64,000 bases of DNA, taken from Ktedonobacterales bacterium (GTDB lineage Bacteria > Chloroflexota > Ktedonobacteria > Ktedonobacterales > JADMIN01). A program made the position numbers and the translations under genes. Location of the stretch: assembly GCA_035310125.1 (NCBI GenBank), contig DATGEP010000303.1:1813-65812 (forward strand), read 5' to 3'. Each line of letters opens with the position of its first letter. The stretch's first letter is position 1. The notes beneath the pieces were generated by a model that ran no database searches, had not been told where the DNA came from, and saw only the letters and a program-made list of their open reading frames with translations. Of this stretch, positions 29,242 through 38,619 are shown in pieces.

Positions 29242-29658
29242 GCGCCACACCTCTTGGGGGCAGATCGCGACGAGCGGTCCGCCCTCGCTGATTCTGGCGG
29301 GACTCGCGGCCATCAATGGCCTGCACGCCGTGCTGACCCATGTTCACCAGAGCGGGCGCAGCAGGCAGCGCCTTCTCGCCCTCCGTATGCGATGCCGCGT
29401 GAAGGTGTCTCTCTCCGCTGCACGATTAACCGCTCCAGATCCTCGACCTCCAACGTTCCCTCGCCGGCCACCTCGACACCTCGGTCAACTTTGCCGCCGC
29501 GACGGAGCTGGGCGCTACCGGCGCATGAGTTACTTTCAGGTGGACCCAGACCTCACGGCGATGGCGTTCTATCTCAATACCTGGACGCCTGGGAACAACG
29601 ATCTGCCACCGCTTGTTCACCGTGAGTATTCCCGCACAGTGAGAGCGATCCGGACGTG

Positions 29659-30063
29659 TCATTCATCCTTGAGGATGAATTCGCCCTCGGCCAGCCGCAC
29701 ACCCTCCTGATTGTCGCAGTGGGCGCGAATTCGCAGGCTGCCGCTGGCACGGTCGTAGGCGGCGATCTCGGCGGTGGCGCTGAGGGTGTCGTCGGTGTAG
29801 GCGGGGGCGGCGAACTCCACCACCTGGCGCTCGAAGCGAGCGAGGTCGGGCCGGGGCAAATGGCGTGCCGCCGCCGAGGCCAGGACGGCCGCCAGCATTG
29901 GAAAGGGCGCGGCCTGGCGCGGCTGGCGAACGGGCGGCGGCGGATCGTCCCCGTTCATCAGATCATCTTTTGTGACCAACCCAAACAGCGCGACATCCGC
30001 CTCGGAAATCTGCTTGGTAACGGTTGCGGTTGCTCCGACTTCGCGAAAATGCGCCTCGCTCAC
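29659..30063 (-). CDS. Hotdog-fold (MaoC-like dehydratase) protein
   Basis: 134 aa. GTG start 5 nt after GAAGGGG. VTKQISEADVALFGLVTKD and the C-terminal pattern LSATAEIAAYD...LRIRAHCDNQEGVRLAEGEFIL fit a hotdog fold. Confidence 0.5.
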   Translation of the reverse strand: MSEAHFREVGATATVTKQISEADVALFGLVTKDDLMNGDDPPPPVRQPRQAAPFPMLAAVLASAAARHLPRPDLARFERQVVEFAAPAYTDDTLSATAEIAAYDRASGSLRIRAHCDNQEGVRLAEGEFILKDE

Positions 30064-30203
30064 CTGCGCCCCTTCTGTGTTTTGCCATTGCGATTGGTTG
30101 CCGGATCACGACCGACTCCGAGTATAGCATGCCCTCCCCTGGGTGACAATTTCACCCGAAGAAGGGACCATACCCCTCCTATTTCCACGAGGAGAAGGGA
30201 GAG

Positions 30204-32771
30204 CTAGCCGACGATGTTGGCGAGGTGGCGGGCCTCGACGTAGATGAACTTCTTGACGTCACGACCGGCCAGGGCGGCCTGCACACGTGGGCTGGCGAGG
30301 GCGAGCGAGCGGACTTCGCCGGCGGCGATGTCGGGCGCGACTTCGAGTTTGTCGCGGACCTTGCCGTTGACCTGAACGACGACGGTGATGATCTCATCTA
30401 CGGTCATGGCGGGGTCATAGGCGGGCCAGGCCTGGATGTGCACGCTGTCGTCGTGGCCAAGGGCGTGCCAAAGCTCTTCGGTGATGAAGGGAGCGATGGG
30501 CGCGAGCAGCACGAGTAACGACTGGATGGCATCACCGAAGCGCGGGTCGGTCAGTACACCGGGGGTCTCGTCTCTGGCTTTGTTGAGGCCGTTGACAAAC
30601 TCCATGAGGGCGGCGAGGGCGGTGTTGAAGCGCAGGCCAGCGTAGTCGTCGCCGACGCGAGCGATGATTTTGTGGCGCAGGCGCTCAACAGCATCGCCCG
30701 CCGGGATCGTTGCACCGGTGAGATCATTCTCGGCGGCGAGCGGGCGTCCAGTATCTGCGCGTGCGTCGGTGTAGTCGCTGGCGAGCGCCCAGACGCGGTT
30801 CATAAAGCGCCAGACGCCCTCGATGCCTTGGTTGTTCCAGGGACCGCCTTGATCGAAGGGGCCCATGAACATGAGGTAGGAGCGGACGGCGTCGGCGCCG
30901 TAGCGGCCTACGACATCGTCGGGGGCGATGACGTTGCCGCGCGATTTGGACATCTTGACGCCGTCGGGACCGAGGACGATGCCCTGATGGTAGAGCCGGG
31001 TGAACGGCTCATCGAAGGCGAGCAAGCCAATATCGCGCAGGACCTTGACGAAGTAGCGAGCGTAGAGCAGGTGCATGGTGGCGTGCTCGGCACCACCGAT
31101 GTACATATCCACGGGCAGCCAGCGGGCCATCTGCTCAGGCGAGAAAGCGGCTGTGGCGTTTTGCGGGTCGGCGTAGCGAAGGAAGTACCACGAGGAGCAG
31201 ATGAACGTGTCCATCGTGTCCACTTCGCGGGTGGCCGGCTCGCCGCAGATGGGGCAGGTGGTGTTGAAGAATGCGGGGACGTAGCGCAGCGGCGACTCGC
31301 CGGTGGGCTTGAACTCCACTTCATCGGGCAGGACGACGGGGAGCTGGTCTTCGGGGACGGGAACGGCGCCGTGCTCCGGGCAGTAGACGATGGGAATGGG
31401 CGCGCCCCAGAAGCGCTGGCGGGAGATGAGCCAGTCACGCAGGCGGTAGGTGACGGTAGCCTTGCCGACGCCATGCGCCTCGGCCCAGGCGATGACACGG
31501 CGGATGGCTTCAGTGCCGGGGGTGCCGGTGAAGGGGCCGCTATTGACCATCTCGCCGGCACCCTTCACCGTGGTCGCTGCTTCCCATGTGGCCGTGTCGG
31601 TCTCTGGGTTACCCGATCGCTCGTCGCTCATAGTCTCCCCTGGAGACGCGCTTCGAGCAGAGCCTGCGCGGATGACTTCGCGGATGGGCAAGCCGAAGGC
31701 GCGGGCGAACTCAAAGTCGCGCTGGTCGTGGGCGGGAACGCCCATGACGGCGCCGGTGCCGTAGCCCATGAGGACATAATCGGCGATCCAGACGGGGACC
31801 TCTTCGCCGCTAATGGGGTTGGTGATGGTGGCGCCGAGGGGCACGCCCGTCTTCTTCTTGGAGGTATCAGTGCTGAGACGCTCGATCTCGGTCTCATGGC
31901 GCGTTTGCTCGATGTACGCCTGGACGGCGTCACGCCGCTCCGGGGCGGTCAGCCGCTCGACGAGGGGGTGCTCAGGAGCGAGGACGAAGAAGGTGACGCC
32001 GTAGATGGTGTCGGGGCGGGTGGTGAAGACAGGGATCTCGACGGTTTCGCCATCCGCGAGGTGGGCGGTAAAGCGCAGCTCGGCGCCTTCGCTGCGGCCG
32101 ATCCAGTTGGTTTGCATGAGGCGGGTCTTTTCAGGCCAGTCGAGGCCGTCGAAGTTGAGAAGCTGGTCGGCGTAGTCGGTGATGCGCAGGAGCCACTGGT
32201 CAATCTCGCGGCGCTCGACGGGGGTGCCGCAGCGCTCGCAGACGCCGTTGATGACCTGCTCGTTGGCGAGGGTGGTGTTGCAGGTGGGGCACCAGTTGGC
32301 GGGAGCTTTGGTGCGGTAGGCCTGGCCGTGCTTGTAGAACTGGAGGAAGAGCCATTGGGTCCATTTGTAGTAGTCGGGCAGGCAGGAGACGATCTCGCGC
32401 GACCAATCCCAGCCGGCGCCCATGCGGGCGAGCTGGCGGCGCATGTTGGCGATGTTGTCGAGCGTCCAGGTGCGGGGCTGGATATTGCGCTTGATGGCGG
32501 CGTTTTCGGCGGGGAGGCCGAAGGCGTCGAAGCCGATGGGCTGCATGACATTGTGGCCGCGCATGCGTTGATAGCGGCCGTAGATGTCGGCGCCGGTGTA
32601 GTTGTACCAGTGGCCGATGTGGAGGTCGCCGGAGGGATAGGGCAGCATGGCAAGATTGTAGTATTTGGGCAGTGGGCTCTCGTCGGGTGCGGCATAGATG
32701 TCGTCTTGCGCCCAGCGAGATATCCAGCGGCTCTCGATTTCGGCGGGCTGATATTTGGAGCGGGTAATCAC
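30204..32771 (-). CDS. leuS: Leucyl-tRNA synthetase
   Basis: 855 aa. LPYPSGDLHIGHWYNY (HIGH) and GVKMSKSRGNV (KMSKS). GTG start 5 nt after GAGGTGA. Confidence 0.97.
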   Translation of the reverse strand: MITRSKYQPAEIESRWISRWAQDDIYAAPDESPLPKYYNLAMLPYPSGDLHIGHWYNYTGADIYGRYQRMRGHNVMQPIGFDAFGLPAENAAIKRNIQPRTWTLDNIANMRRQLARMGAGWDWSREIVSCLPDYYKWTQWLFLQFYKHGQAYRTKAPANWCPTCNTTLANEQVINGVCERCGTPVERREIDQWLLRITDYADQLLNFDGLDWPEKTRLMQTNWIGRSEGAELRFTAHLADGETVEIPVFTTRPDTIYGVTFFVLAPEHPLVERLTAPERRDAVQAYIEQTRHETEIERLSTDTSKKKTGVPLGATITNPISGEEVPVWIADYVLMGYGTGAVMGVPAHDQRDFEFARAFGLPIREVIRAGSARSASPGETMSDERSGNPETDTATWEAATTVKGAGEMVNSGPFTGTPGTEAIRRVIAWAEAHGVGKATVTYRLRDWLISRQRFWGAPIPIVYCPEHGAVPVPEDQLPVVLPDEVEFKPTGESPLRYVPAFFNTTCPICGEPATREVDTMDTFICSSWYFLRYADPQNATAAFSPEQMARWLPVDMYIGGAEHATMHLLYARYFVKVLRDIGLLAFDEPFTRLYHQGIVLGPDGVKMSKSRGNVIAPDDVVGRYGADAVRSYLMFMGPFDQGGPWNNQGIEGVWRFMNRVWALASDYTDARADTGRPLAAENDLTGATIPAGDAVERLRHKIIARVGDDYAGLRFNTALAALMEFVNGLNKARDETPGVLTDPRFGDAIQSLLVLLAPIAPFITEELWHALGHDDSVHIQAWPAYDPAMTVDEIITVVVQVNGKVRDKLEVAPDIAAGEVRSLALASPRVQAALAGRDVKKFIYVEARHLANIVG

Positions 32772-32845
32772 TACGTCACCTCTTCATGAATGATGGATTT
32801 TGGAAGCGAATTTCCTGAGCGTATGATACCGCAAAAAGGAGGGAA

Positions 32846-32881
32846 CCTCACCCCCGGCCCCTTTCCTAGCGAGGAGAGGGG
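32846..32881 (-). repeat. Hairpin plus GGCCGGGGGTGAGG element, copy 1 (sense to leuS, 74 nt upstream of its start)
   Basis: The minus strand reads CCCCTCTCCtcgctaGGAAAGGGGCCGGGGGTGAGG. The 14-nt core is identical to the copies at 43107 and 52873. Confidence 0.8.
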
Positions 32882-33228
32882 AGGCGAAGGCGGTTGCCGA
32901 TACTGCCGGAATCGCGCATGTGGGGTGCTCCGCCGCCGTGTGCGGGTGGAAGGGCGGGGTATCGAATGGAAGCGTAGCACGTGGGGGAGGCAGCGGCTAC
33001 GGTCAGGTGCGGTCAGGTGTGGACGGGAGTTTGCGCGAGGTGGTATGGGTGCGCGGGTTTGGTGGGATTCGCGCGTCGCGGCATTCAGTGCTTCGTCGGC
33101 GCCATTCGCGGCTTGAACCTGCCCGCGCCATGTGGTACAGATACAAACTGGCGCGGCTCTCCGCCGCTCCCACTCTTCATCTATCTTCGCAATTCATCGT
33201 AGTAGCTCGAGCTAGAGGGAGCAGCAGC

Positions 33229-34470
33229 GTGGCAGACGCCTCAGTATCGCCAACACCCGACACACCAACGACTCCGAAGGGGACGCCTGAGGAGCACCTA
33301 CCAACCGCGCTGATCTACGATCCCGCATTCCTGGACCACCTTGTGCCCGACGGCTTTCCTGAGCGGCCCGCGCGATTGGAGCAGGCGATGGCCGTCATCG
33401 AGGCGCTGATCGCGGGCGGGACCATGCCCGCCGAAAAGCTGCTGCGCCTGGCGCCTCGCCCTGCGACGCGCGCGGAGCTGACGACCGTTCACAGCGACGC
33501 CTATGTCGAGCGGGTGCGGCACGCCGTCGAATGGCTGATGGAGAACGCCGGCTATGAAGCGCATCCGCGGGCCTTCGACTCTGAGGTGTTTCTCTCGCCG
33601 GGCAGCTATAACGCCGCGCTCCTCGCCGCCGGCGCCTCGCTCATCGCGCTGGATGCCATCGGTGAAGGGCGCGCTCACAACGGGTACGCGCTAGTCCGGC
33701 CGCCGGGCCATCATGCGCTGCGCGACCTCGGCATGGGCTTCTGCGTCTTCAACAATGTCGCCATCGCCGCCCGCTATGCGCAGCAACGATGGGGATGGAA
33801 GCGTGTGCTGATTGTGGATTACGACGTTCATCACGGCAACGGCACGCAAGAGATATTCTATGACGACCCCGATGTGGTCTACTTTTCCACGCACCAGGCG
33901 ATTGATCCCGAAGGCATGCTGTTCTATCCCAGCACTGGCCAGTCCAGCGATATCGGCACAGGCGCAGGCACGGGCGCCACGATCAATGTGCCGCTGCCCC
34001 CCGACTGTGGCTGGAGCGTCTTCGATCCAATCTTCCGGCAGGTACTCTGGCCAGTCGCGGACCGTTTCAAGCCTGACGTGATCCTGCTCTCGGCGGGCTT
34101 CGATGCGCACTGGCGCGACCCCCTGGCCGACGAGCGCCTCTGCACGGCGGATTATTCCGACCTGACTCGCGAGGTCATCGAGATCGCTGACCGCTATTGC
34201 GGCGGCCGGATCGTAGCCGTACAGGAAGGCGGGTATAACCTGAACGTCATGGCGCAGTGCGCGGCAACGGTGCTCTTTGCACTCATGGGCAGTGATGCAA
34301 TCGTGGATAACCTGGGCGAGCCGCCGCCGCTTGAGTCGCGCTGGAATGAAGAGGCGATCATCCAGGCGATCTATCAGCTGCATGATCTGGCAGGCTACCG
34401 CCGCAAGCCACGCCGCCCCCAGATACGCGAAGGGTGGGCAGGGCCAAAGGCTCCGCCAACGGGCGAGTAA
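33229..34470 (+). CDS. Histone deacetylase-family amidohydrolase (AcuC/HDAH-like)
   Basis: [25 protein letters not shown] and QEGGY. GTG start 8 nt after AGAGGGAG. The ORF-track extension up to 32920 looks non-coding. Confidence 0.9.
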   Translation: MADASVSPTPDTPTTPKGTPEEHLPTALIYDPAFLDHLVPDGFPERPARLEQAMAVIEALIAGGTMPAEKLLRLAPRPATRAELTTVHSDAYVERVRHAVEWLMENAGYEAHPRAFDSEVFLSPGSYNAALLAAGASLIALDAIGEGRAHNGYALVRPPGHHALRDLGMGFCVFNNVAIAARYAQQRWGWKRVLIVDYDVHHGNGTQEIFYDDPDVVYFSTHQAIDPEGMLFYPSTGQSSDIGTGAGTGATINVPLPPDCGWSVFDPIFRQVLWPVADRFKPDVILLSAGFDAHWRDPLADERLCTADYSDLTREVIEIADRYCGGRIVAVQEGGYNLNVMAQCAATVLFALMGSDAIVDNLGEPPPLESRWNEEAIIQAIYQLHDLAGYRRKPRRPQIREGWAGPKAPPTGE

Positions 34471-34532
34471 CAGCGAGCCTGGGTGTGCGCTCGCGGCCTT
34501 GATGGTCGTGTGCCACGTGTGGCAGAGCGGAT

Positions 34533-34600
34533 GGGCGCAGCGGGCAGCGCCCTTACATCCCTGCGCATGGTGGCGGGCGCAAGCGGGCAGCGCCCCTACA
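34533..34600. repeat. Duplicated ~25-bp hairpin element GGGCGCA(A)GCGGGCAGCGCCC(C)TACA
   Basis: Copies sit at 34533-34557 and 34575-34600. Each has a GGGCGC/GCGCCC inverted repeat. They lie in the gap between the convergent HDAC and anti-sigma genes. Confidence 0.8.
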
Positions 34601-34685
34601 CAGGACGCAAAGAGCCGGCGCACGGGACACGAGACGGGCTGAAGCCCTGGGCGAATGCCAAACATCCCAACCGAAGCTGGTATGA

Positions 34686-34709
34686 GGCTCTTGGCGTGTG
34701 CCAAGAGCC
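34686..34709. terminator. Perfect 10-bp hairpin GGCTCTTGGC-gtgt-GCCAAGAGCC; candidate bidirectional terminator with no U-tract
   Basis: Read directly from the sequence. It lies 90 nt downstream of the anti-sigma gene stop. Confidence 0.35.
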
Positions 34710-34799
34710 CCAACGGATGCGGTATTAAGCTCGCTCGCCCGCGCCGTTTACCAGTGCGTCGCGCACCACCTGGCGTACGGCTTTGGAAGTACGTTGTGT

Positions 34800-36623
34800 T
34801 TAGGGTGTTGGGCCAAGGAAGGCGACAACGTGGCCGTTGTTGAGGCTCAGCCAATTGACCGACGAGCCGGAGAGGTCGCTGTTGATCAGCAGCACATTAC
34901 CGTCGCGGAGAATGAACATGGCGCCGGACGGCATCGTGTTTGCCTGCACGGCGTCGGCGGCGTCAGTGTCCACACGATGTGAGAGCACGCTCATGCCGGA
35001 TACGTCGAGCTCCCAGAAATCATGGCCCGTCACCTGGCCCTGCTCGGAGGAGGCATTCTGGGTGATGTAGAGATGTGTGCCATCAGCGGACGCGCTGACG
35101 CTGAGCGTGCCGGTGAAGGATGTGTTCGGCGGCGCGGCGGGTCCGCCCAGCGAGATGGTTCCGGTGAGCGTGGGGCCGGAAGTGCTGGGATCGAGGACGA
35201 AGACCTGCGCTTCAGGGCTGCCTCTGACGAGATACAGCTGCGGCGTCGCCAGCGCGGGCGTGGCAAGGGGAACAATCGGCGTCGCCGATGCGACTGACCC
35301 TGGCTGGGCGGTCGCGGTCGCCTGCGCGTACGCCGCAGCGGTCGCCTGCGCCTGAGAATAGGCGAGTGCGGCTGGCGTGTTAGCCACGAGCTGGGCGAGT
35401 GTGAAATCGCCGGGAATGGCCAGCTCTTGCATGAGGGCACCAGTCAGCGCATTTATGCGGCGCACGACCGCGTACTGTGGCCCGCGGGAATCCGAGAGAA
35501 TTAGCACGTCGAAAAGCCACTTGCCGTCCGGCGAGACCGCGACAGCGCCGTTCGCGCCCACCGAAGCCGTGTAGCCAGATGTCTTGAGCTTGGGCACGCT
35601 GGATGGGAAGGCGGATGCCGGCAGGCTGCCGGGCGGAGGCGGCATGGGGAGCGTGGCGTCAGTACCGGGATAATACTCATATGTAGTCGCTCCGGTCGCT
35701 GCGTCCACCGCGAGTATGCGTATCTCGCCATAGGTAGTGGGGGCGGCATTGTTCAGGCCGACATAGAGCGTCGAGCCACCGGGCGCGACAACCAGGGCGT
35801 CTGCCAGATTATCAGCGAGGAGCGCCTTGCCGCTGGGATACTTGAGTGTGACCGCATAGCGCAGCGCGCCGGTGCTGGCGTCGAATGCGACCAGCGCCTG
35901 CTGGTGCGAGGCGTCGGGCGCCGTGATCTCGTAGACTGTCCGTCCATCCGGCGAGACACACAGGGCTACGGGCATTTGAGCGGAGCTAGCACTCTGGAGG
36001 CTGTCGCTAGAGCTGGGTAGTGAGTGAACGACAGCGCCGGTATGCTGACTCACGGCGATCACCTCGGCGACCTGCCAGGTGTGGCCGGAAGCATCCCGCA
36101 CGGTCACGAGCTTGTCCGTTTCCGCGAGCAATGTGCCGGACGGCGATGCTGCTGGCACGTTATTCAGCGCGTTGGAGGAGCGGGAAACCCCATGCGCGTT
36201 GGCATTGAAGAGGATGCCAGCGAGCAGGAATGCCGTGATCAGGGCCAACCCGAGGATGCTCGACACGCCGATGGCGCCCCCGCGCGAGAGGCCACTGGCC
36301 GCGCGTAGCATGCTTTTGGTGAAGCGATTGCTGGCGAGGTGCGCACGTACTGAATCGCGCAGATCAGGGACGGTGGCGACTGGTTCCGTGCCAAGCGACG
36401 CCAGCAGCTCATAGGGCGCGCGCAGGGTGCGCGACCGATTACCGCATGTCTCGCAGACGGCGATATGCTCGCGGACGGCCAGTGTCACATCCGGCGGCAG
36501 CTCGCCCGCGAATTCGGCAACGAGCAATTCCGGCTCAAGTGGGCACTGGAGGGCGCGCAAGTTACGGCGCCGGGTAGTCACCCGGTGAATCCGTACAGGG
36601 GGATTACTATAAACCTCTGGCAT
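34800..36623 (-). CDS. Anti-sigma factor: zf-HC2, one TM segment, and an extracytoplasmic YVTN/beta-propeller-like domain
   Basis: REHIAVCETCG (zf-HC2), TM GVSSILGLALITAFLLAGILF, and repeats VSPDGRTVYE, VAPGGSTLYVG, VSPDGKWLFD, ASADGTHLYIT. It lies 26 nt downstream of the sigma gene. Confidence 0.75.
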   Translation of the reverse strand: MPEVYSNPPVRIHRVTTRRRNLRALQCPLEPELLVAEFAGELPPDVTLAVREHIAVCETCGNRSRTLRAPYELLASLGTEPVATVPDLRDSVRAHLASNRFTKSMLRAASGLSRGGAIGVSSILGLALITAFLLAGILFNANAHGVSRSSNALNNVPAASPSGTLLAETDKLVTVRDASGHTWQVAEVIAVSQHTGAVVHSLPSSSDSLQSASSAQMPVALCVSPDGRTVYEITAPDASHQQALVAFDASTGALRYAVTLKYPSGKALLADNLADALVVAPGGSTLYVGLNNAAPTTYGEIRILAVDAATGATTYEYYPGTDATLPMPPPPGSLPASAFPSSVPKLKTSGYTASVGANGAVAVSPDGKWLFDVLILSDSRGPQYAVVRRINALTGALMQELAIPGDFTLAQLVANTPAALAYSQAQATAAAYAQATATAQPGSVASATPIVPLATPALATPQLYLVRGSPEAQVFVLDPSTSGPTLTGTISLGGPAAPPNTSFTGTLSVSASADGTHLYITQNASSEQGQVTGHDFWELDVSGMSVLSHRVDTDAADAVQANTMPSGAMFILRDGNVLLINSDLSGSSVNWLSLNNGHVVAFLGPTP

Positions 36624-36649
36624 CCCAACATTCCTCTATTGCTGTATGA

Positions 36650-38404
36650 TTACTGCGCCTGCGCTTCAATAGCGGCGTCGTTGGGCGCCTCCATCGTCAT
36701 CGCAATCGGCTTGTGTGGCGCCTCGAAGGCGTCTGCGTCGGCATAGACGCTCGTATTGGCTTCCTCGCCAACCGGCACACCTGAGAGTGGCGCCGAGCCG
36801 GTAGATGTCGTTGGTGTGAGCACCGGCACGATCCGCACGGCGCGCTCGGCGGGCGTCGGCGCGGCAGGCACCAACGGCGCCGCATCTACGGCGAGCACCT
36901 CATTGGACGTATCGCGTCTGCTCTCCGCCGGATCAGCGCTCGTCAGCACTGGCACGACACGCGGCGCGTACGGCACGGCGGGCGCGGGAGTGAGAATCGG
37001 CACGAACCGCGTCGTCAGGGTCGGCAGGGACAGCTCATGTGTGGCTGTCTCCAGGCGGACTGGATCTGGCGGGCAAGCCGGAATCTCAACCGCCGCGAGC
37101 CGCAAGGCGAGCAGAACATCCGCCGCCGTCACGTCGGGGGCGCTGATGACGGCGGTATCCACCAGCGGCAGCGCAATGACAGGCACCGCGTCCACGATCG
37201 CAGTCGTCTCGACGATGATCATCGGCTTCTCCGCGTCGGGGTGGGGAGTCGCCGCTGCATGCTCTTCCAGGATGAGCGTGTCTGCCTCGTTGCTCTCGGA
37301 CATTTCTGGAGCCGTGGCGGCGACTACCGTTACCGGCTCCGGCGAAGGTGGCACGAATGTGGCCGGCGCGCCGGTCGTGCGCGGCGGCGGCGCAAATGCT
37401 GGCATTTCCCACGCGCCTGTTGGCTGCTCCTCGATGGGCATCATTTCGAGACTGTCGGGGGGCGTCTCAGACAGCGGCGCGGCGGCAGCCGGTGTGGGCG
37501 GCGTGGTGCGTGCGATCCGTGGCGGCTGAGTCATACGCGGCGCATTGGGTGCCAGCGACTCCAGGGAGATGCCCAGGCTGGCGATGGCAGCTTCGTAGCG
37601 CTGCGCGAAGAGCTGGAGTCCCTGTACAATGCGGCGGCGTGTCGCGCTGTGCGTGATGCCGAGCGCCTGCGCCACTTCCGCCTGATTGAGTCCGGCGATG
37701 AGATGCAACGCCAGGCACTGCGCGTCGCCGTAGGGGATCTCCGCAAGCACCGCGCGCACCATGCGATAGCGCAGCGCCTCACGGGGATCCTGCTGCGCGG
37801 GATCTTCTTCGATGACGATAGGGGGAGGCGTGCGTCGCTGGAATGGATGCTCTGTGCCGTTCGCCCTGGGTGCTTTGTGCGACCGCGCTGGAGCTGACCT
37901 TGGCTCATGTTGGGGGGCATCCGTCCCGTTAGACCAGATGAGCTGGCGCACCTGCCGGCTGGTGCTGCCGGTGAGATTCGCCAGCGCACCCAGCCCGGAG
38001 CGTAGCTTACCGACGGCTGCTTCGCCGGCACGCTCGGGCAAGAGGCCAGCCGTGTGCGGGCTATCCAATCGCGGCGTGGCATGGCTGTGGTGCGGGTGAC
38101 GTAGCGCATCGAGGCCGGATTCTGTGCAGGCGCGCAGCAGCCAGAGTCGCAGCCGCTGTCCACCATGCGGACCGCGCAGCCGGTTCTCCATACGGACGAA
38201 GATGCGCTCGGCGAGCGCCCGCGATGTATCGGGGTTGCCGGTGAGCCTGGTAAGATAGCGCGTGACGGGTGGCTGATAGCGCGCCACAAGGGCCGCCAGC
38301 GCCCACTCGGCGCCGGCGCGCGCCTGCGACGCGAGGCGCAGCTCGCGCTCTTCCTCGGCATCTATGTGTGAGACATTGAGCGGAAACACTTCCTGCCAGG
38401 CCAT
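36650..38404 (-). CDS. ECF-like sigma factor with a long inter-domain linker and a ~290-aa Pro/Ala/Thr-rich C-terminal extension
   Basis: Region-2-like LVARYQPPVTRYLTRLTGNPDTSRALAERIFVRM and region-4 HTH LIAGLNQAEVAQALGITHSATRRRIVQGLQLF. ATG at 38404 with a GGGAAGGGAAAGG RBS. The track ORF begins at a GTG (38467). Confidence 0.7.
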   Translation of the reverse strand: MAWQEVFPLNVSHIDAEEERELRLASQARAGAEWALAALVARYQPPVTRYLTRLTGNPDTSRALAERIFVRMENRLRGPHGGQRLRLWLLRACTESGLDALRHPHHSHATPRLDSPHTAGLLPERAGEAAVGKLRSGLGALANLTGSTSRQVRQLIWSNGTDAPQHEPRSAPARSHKAPRANGTEHPFQRRTPPPIVIEEDPAQQDPREALRYRMVRAVLAEIPYGDAQCLALHLIAGLNQAEVAQALGITHSATRRRIVQGLQLFAQRYEAAIASLGISLESLAPNAPRMTQPPRIARTTPPTPAAAAPLSETPPDSLEMMPIEEQPTGAWEMPAFAPPPRTTGAPATFVPPSPEPVTVVAATAPEMSESNEADTLILEEHAAATPHPDAEKPMIIVETTAIVDAVPVIALPLVDTAVISAPDVTAADVLLALRLAAVEIPACPPDPVRLETATHELSLPTLTTRFVPILTPAPAVPYAPRVVPVLTSADPAESRRDTSNEVLAVDAAPLVPAAPTPAERAVRIVPVLTPTTSTGSAPLSGVPVGEEANTSVYADADAFEAPHKPIAMTMEAPNDAAIEAQAQ

Positions 38405-38619
38405 CGTCGCCTTTCCCTTCCCATGCGGCGGCTTCCAGGACACGGGGATGTATCGTACCCGGCCCACAGGCCTACTATTTTATGCGTCAATAGAATAGGA
38501 CGCTTGAGCAACCTGTATCGCTACGTACGTTTGGGCCACATTCGTACGTCTGCGCGTCACAATACTCACACATTGTGTGCCAACGATGAGGTTCTAGCAG
38601 CTCTCTTCCAGGAATCGCG

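Noticed and set aside
29526-29710. 61-codon plus-strand ORF (MSYFQVDPDLTAMAFYLNTWTPGNNDLPPLV...).
   Set aside because: The RBS is weak and distant, GC3 is only moderate, and it would overlap the 3' end of the convergent hotdog-fold gene by about 50 nt. I recognise no homology.
30672-32789. 705-aa ORF on the plus strand opposite leuS. Similar long antisense ORFs include 59714-61438 (+), 12247-13254 (-), 878-1876 (+), 33691-34854 (-), 39303-40637 (+), 44275-45237 (-) and 21244-22677 (+).
   Set aside because: They lie antisense to, or out of frame with, genes that have unmistakable conserved motifs. Their products are Arg/Ala/Gly/Pro-rich low-complexity strings typical of shadow ORFs in high-GC DNA.
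33001-33020. Tandem GGTCAGGTGC/GGTCAGGTGT and nearby G-runs (32941-32995) as a G-quadruplex or CRISPR-like repeat.
   Set aside because: There are only two units and no spacers. The G-tracts are irregular (GGG, GG, GGG, GGGG) and lie in a generally G-rich divergent region. That is insufficient for a call.
32772-33228. Possible T-box leader upstream of leuS.
   Set aside because: Reading the minus strand, I found no T-box sequence (GGGTGGTACCGCG-like), no AGAGA/GNUGGNA Stem-I features, and no specifier-loop context.
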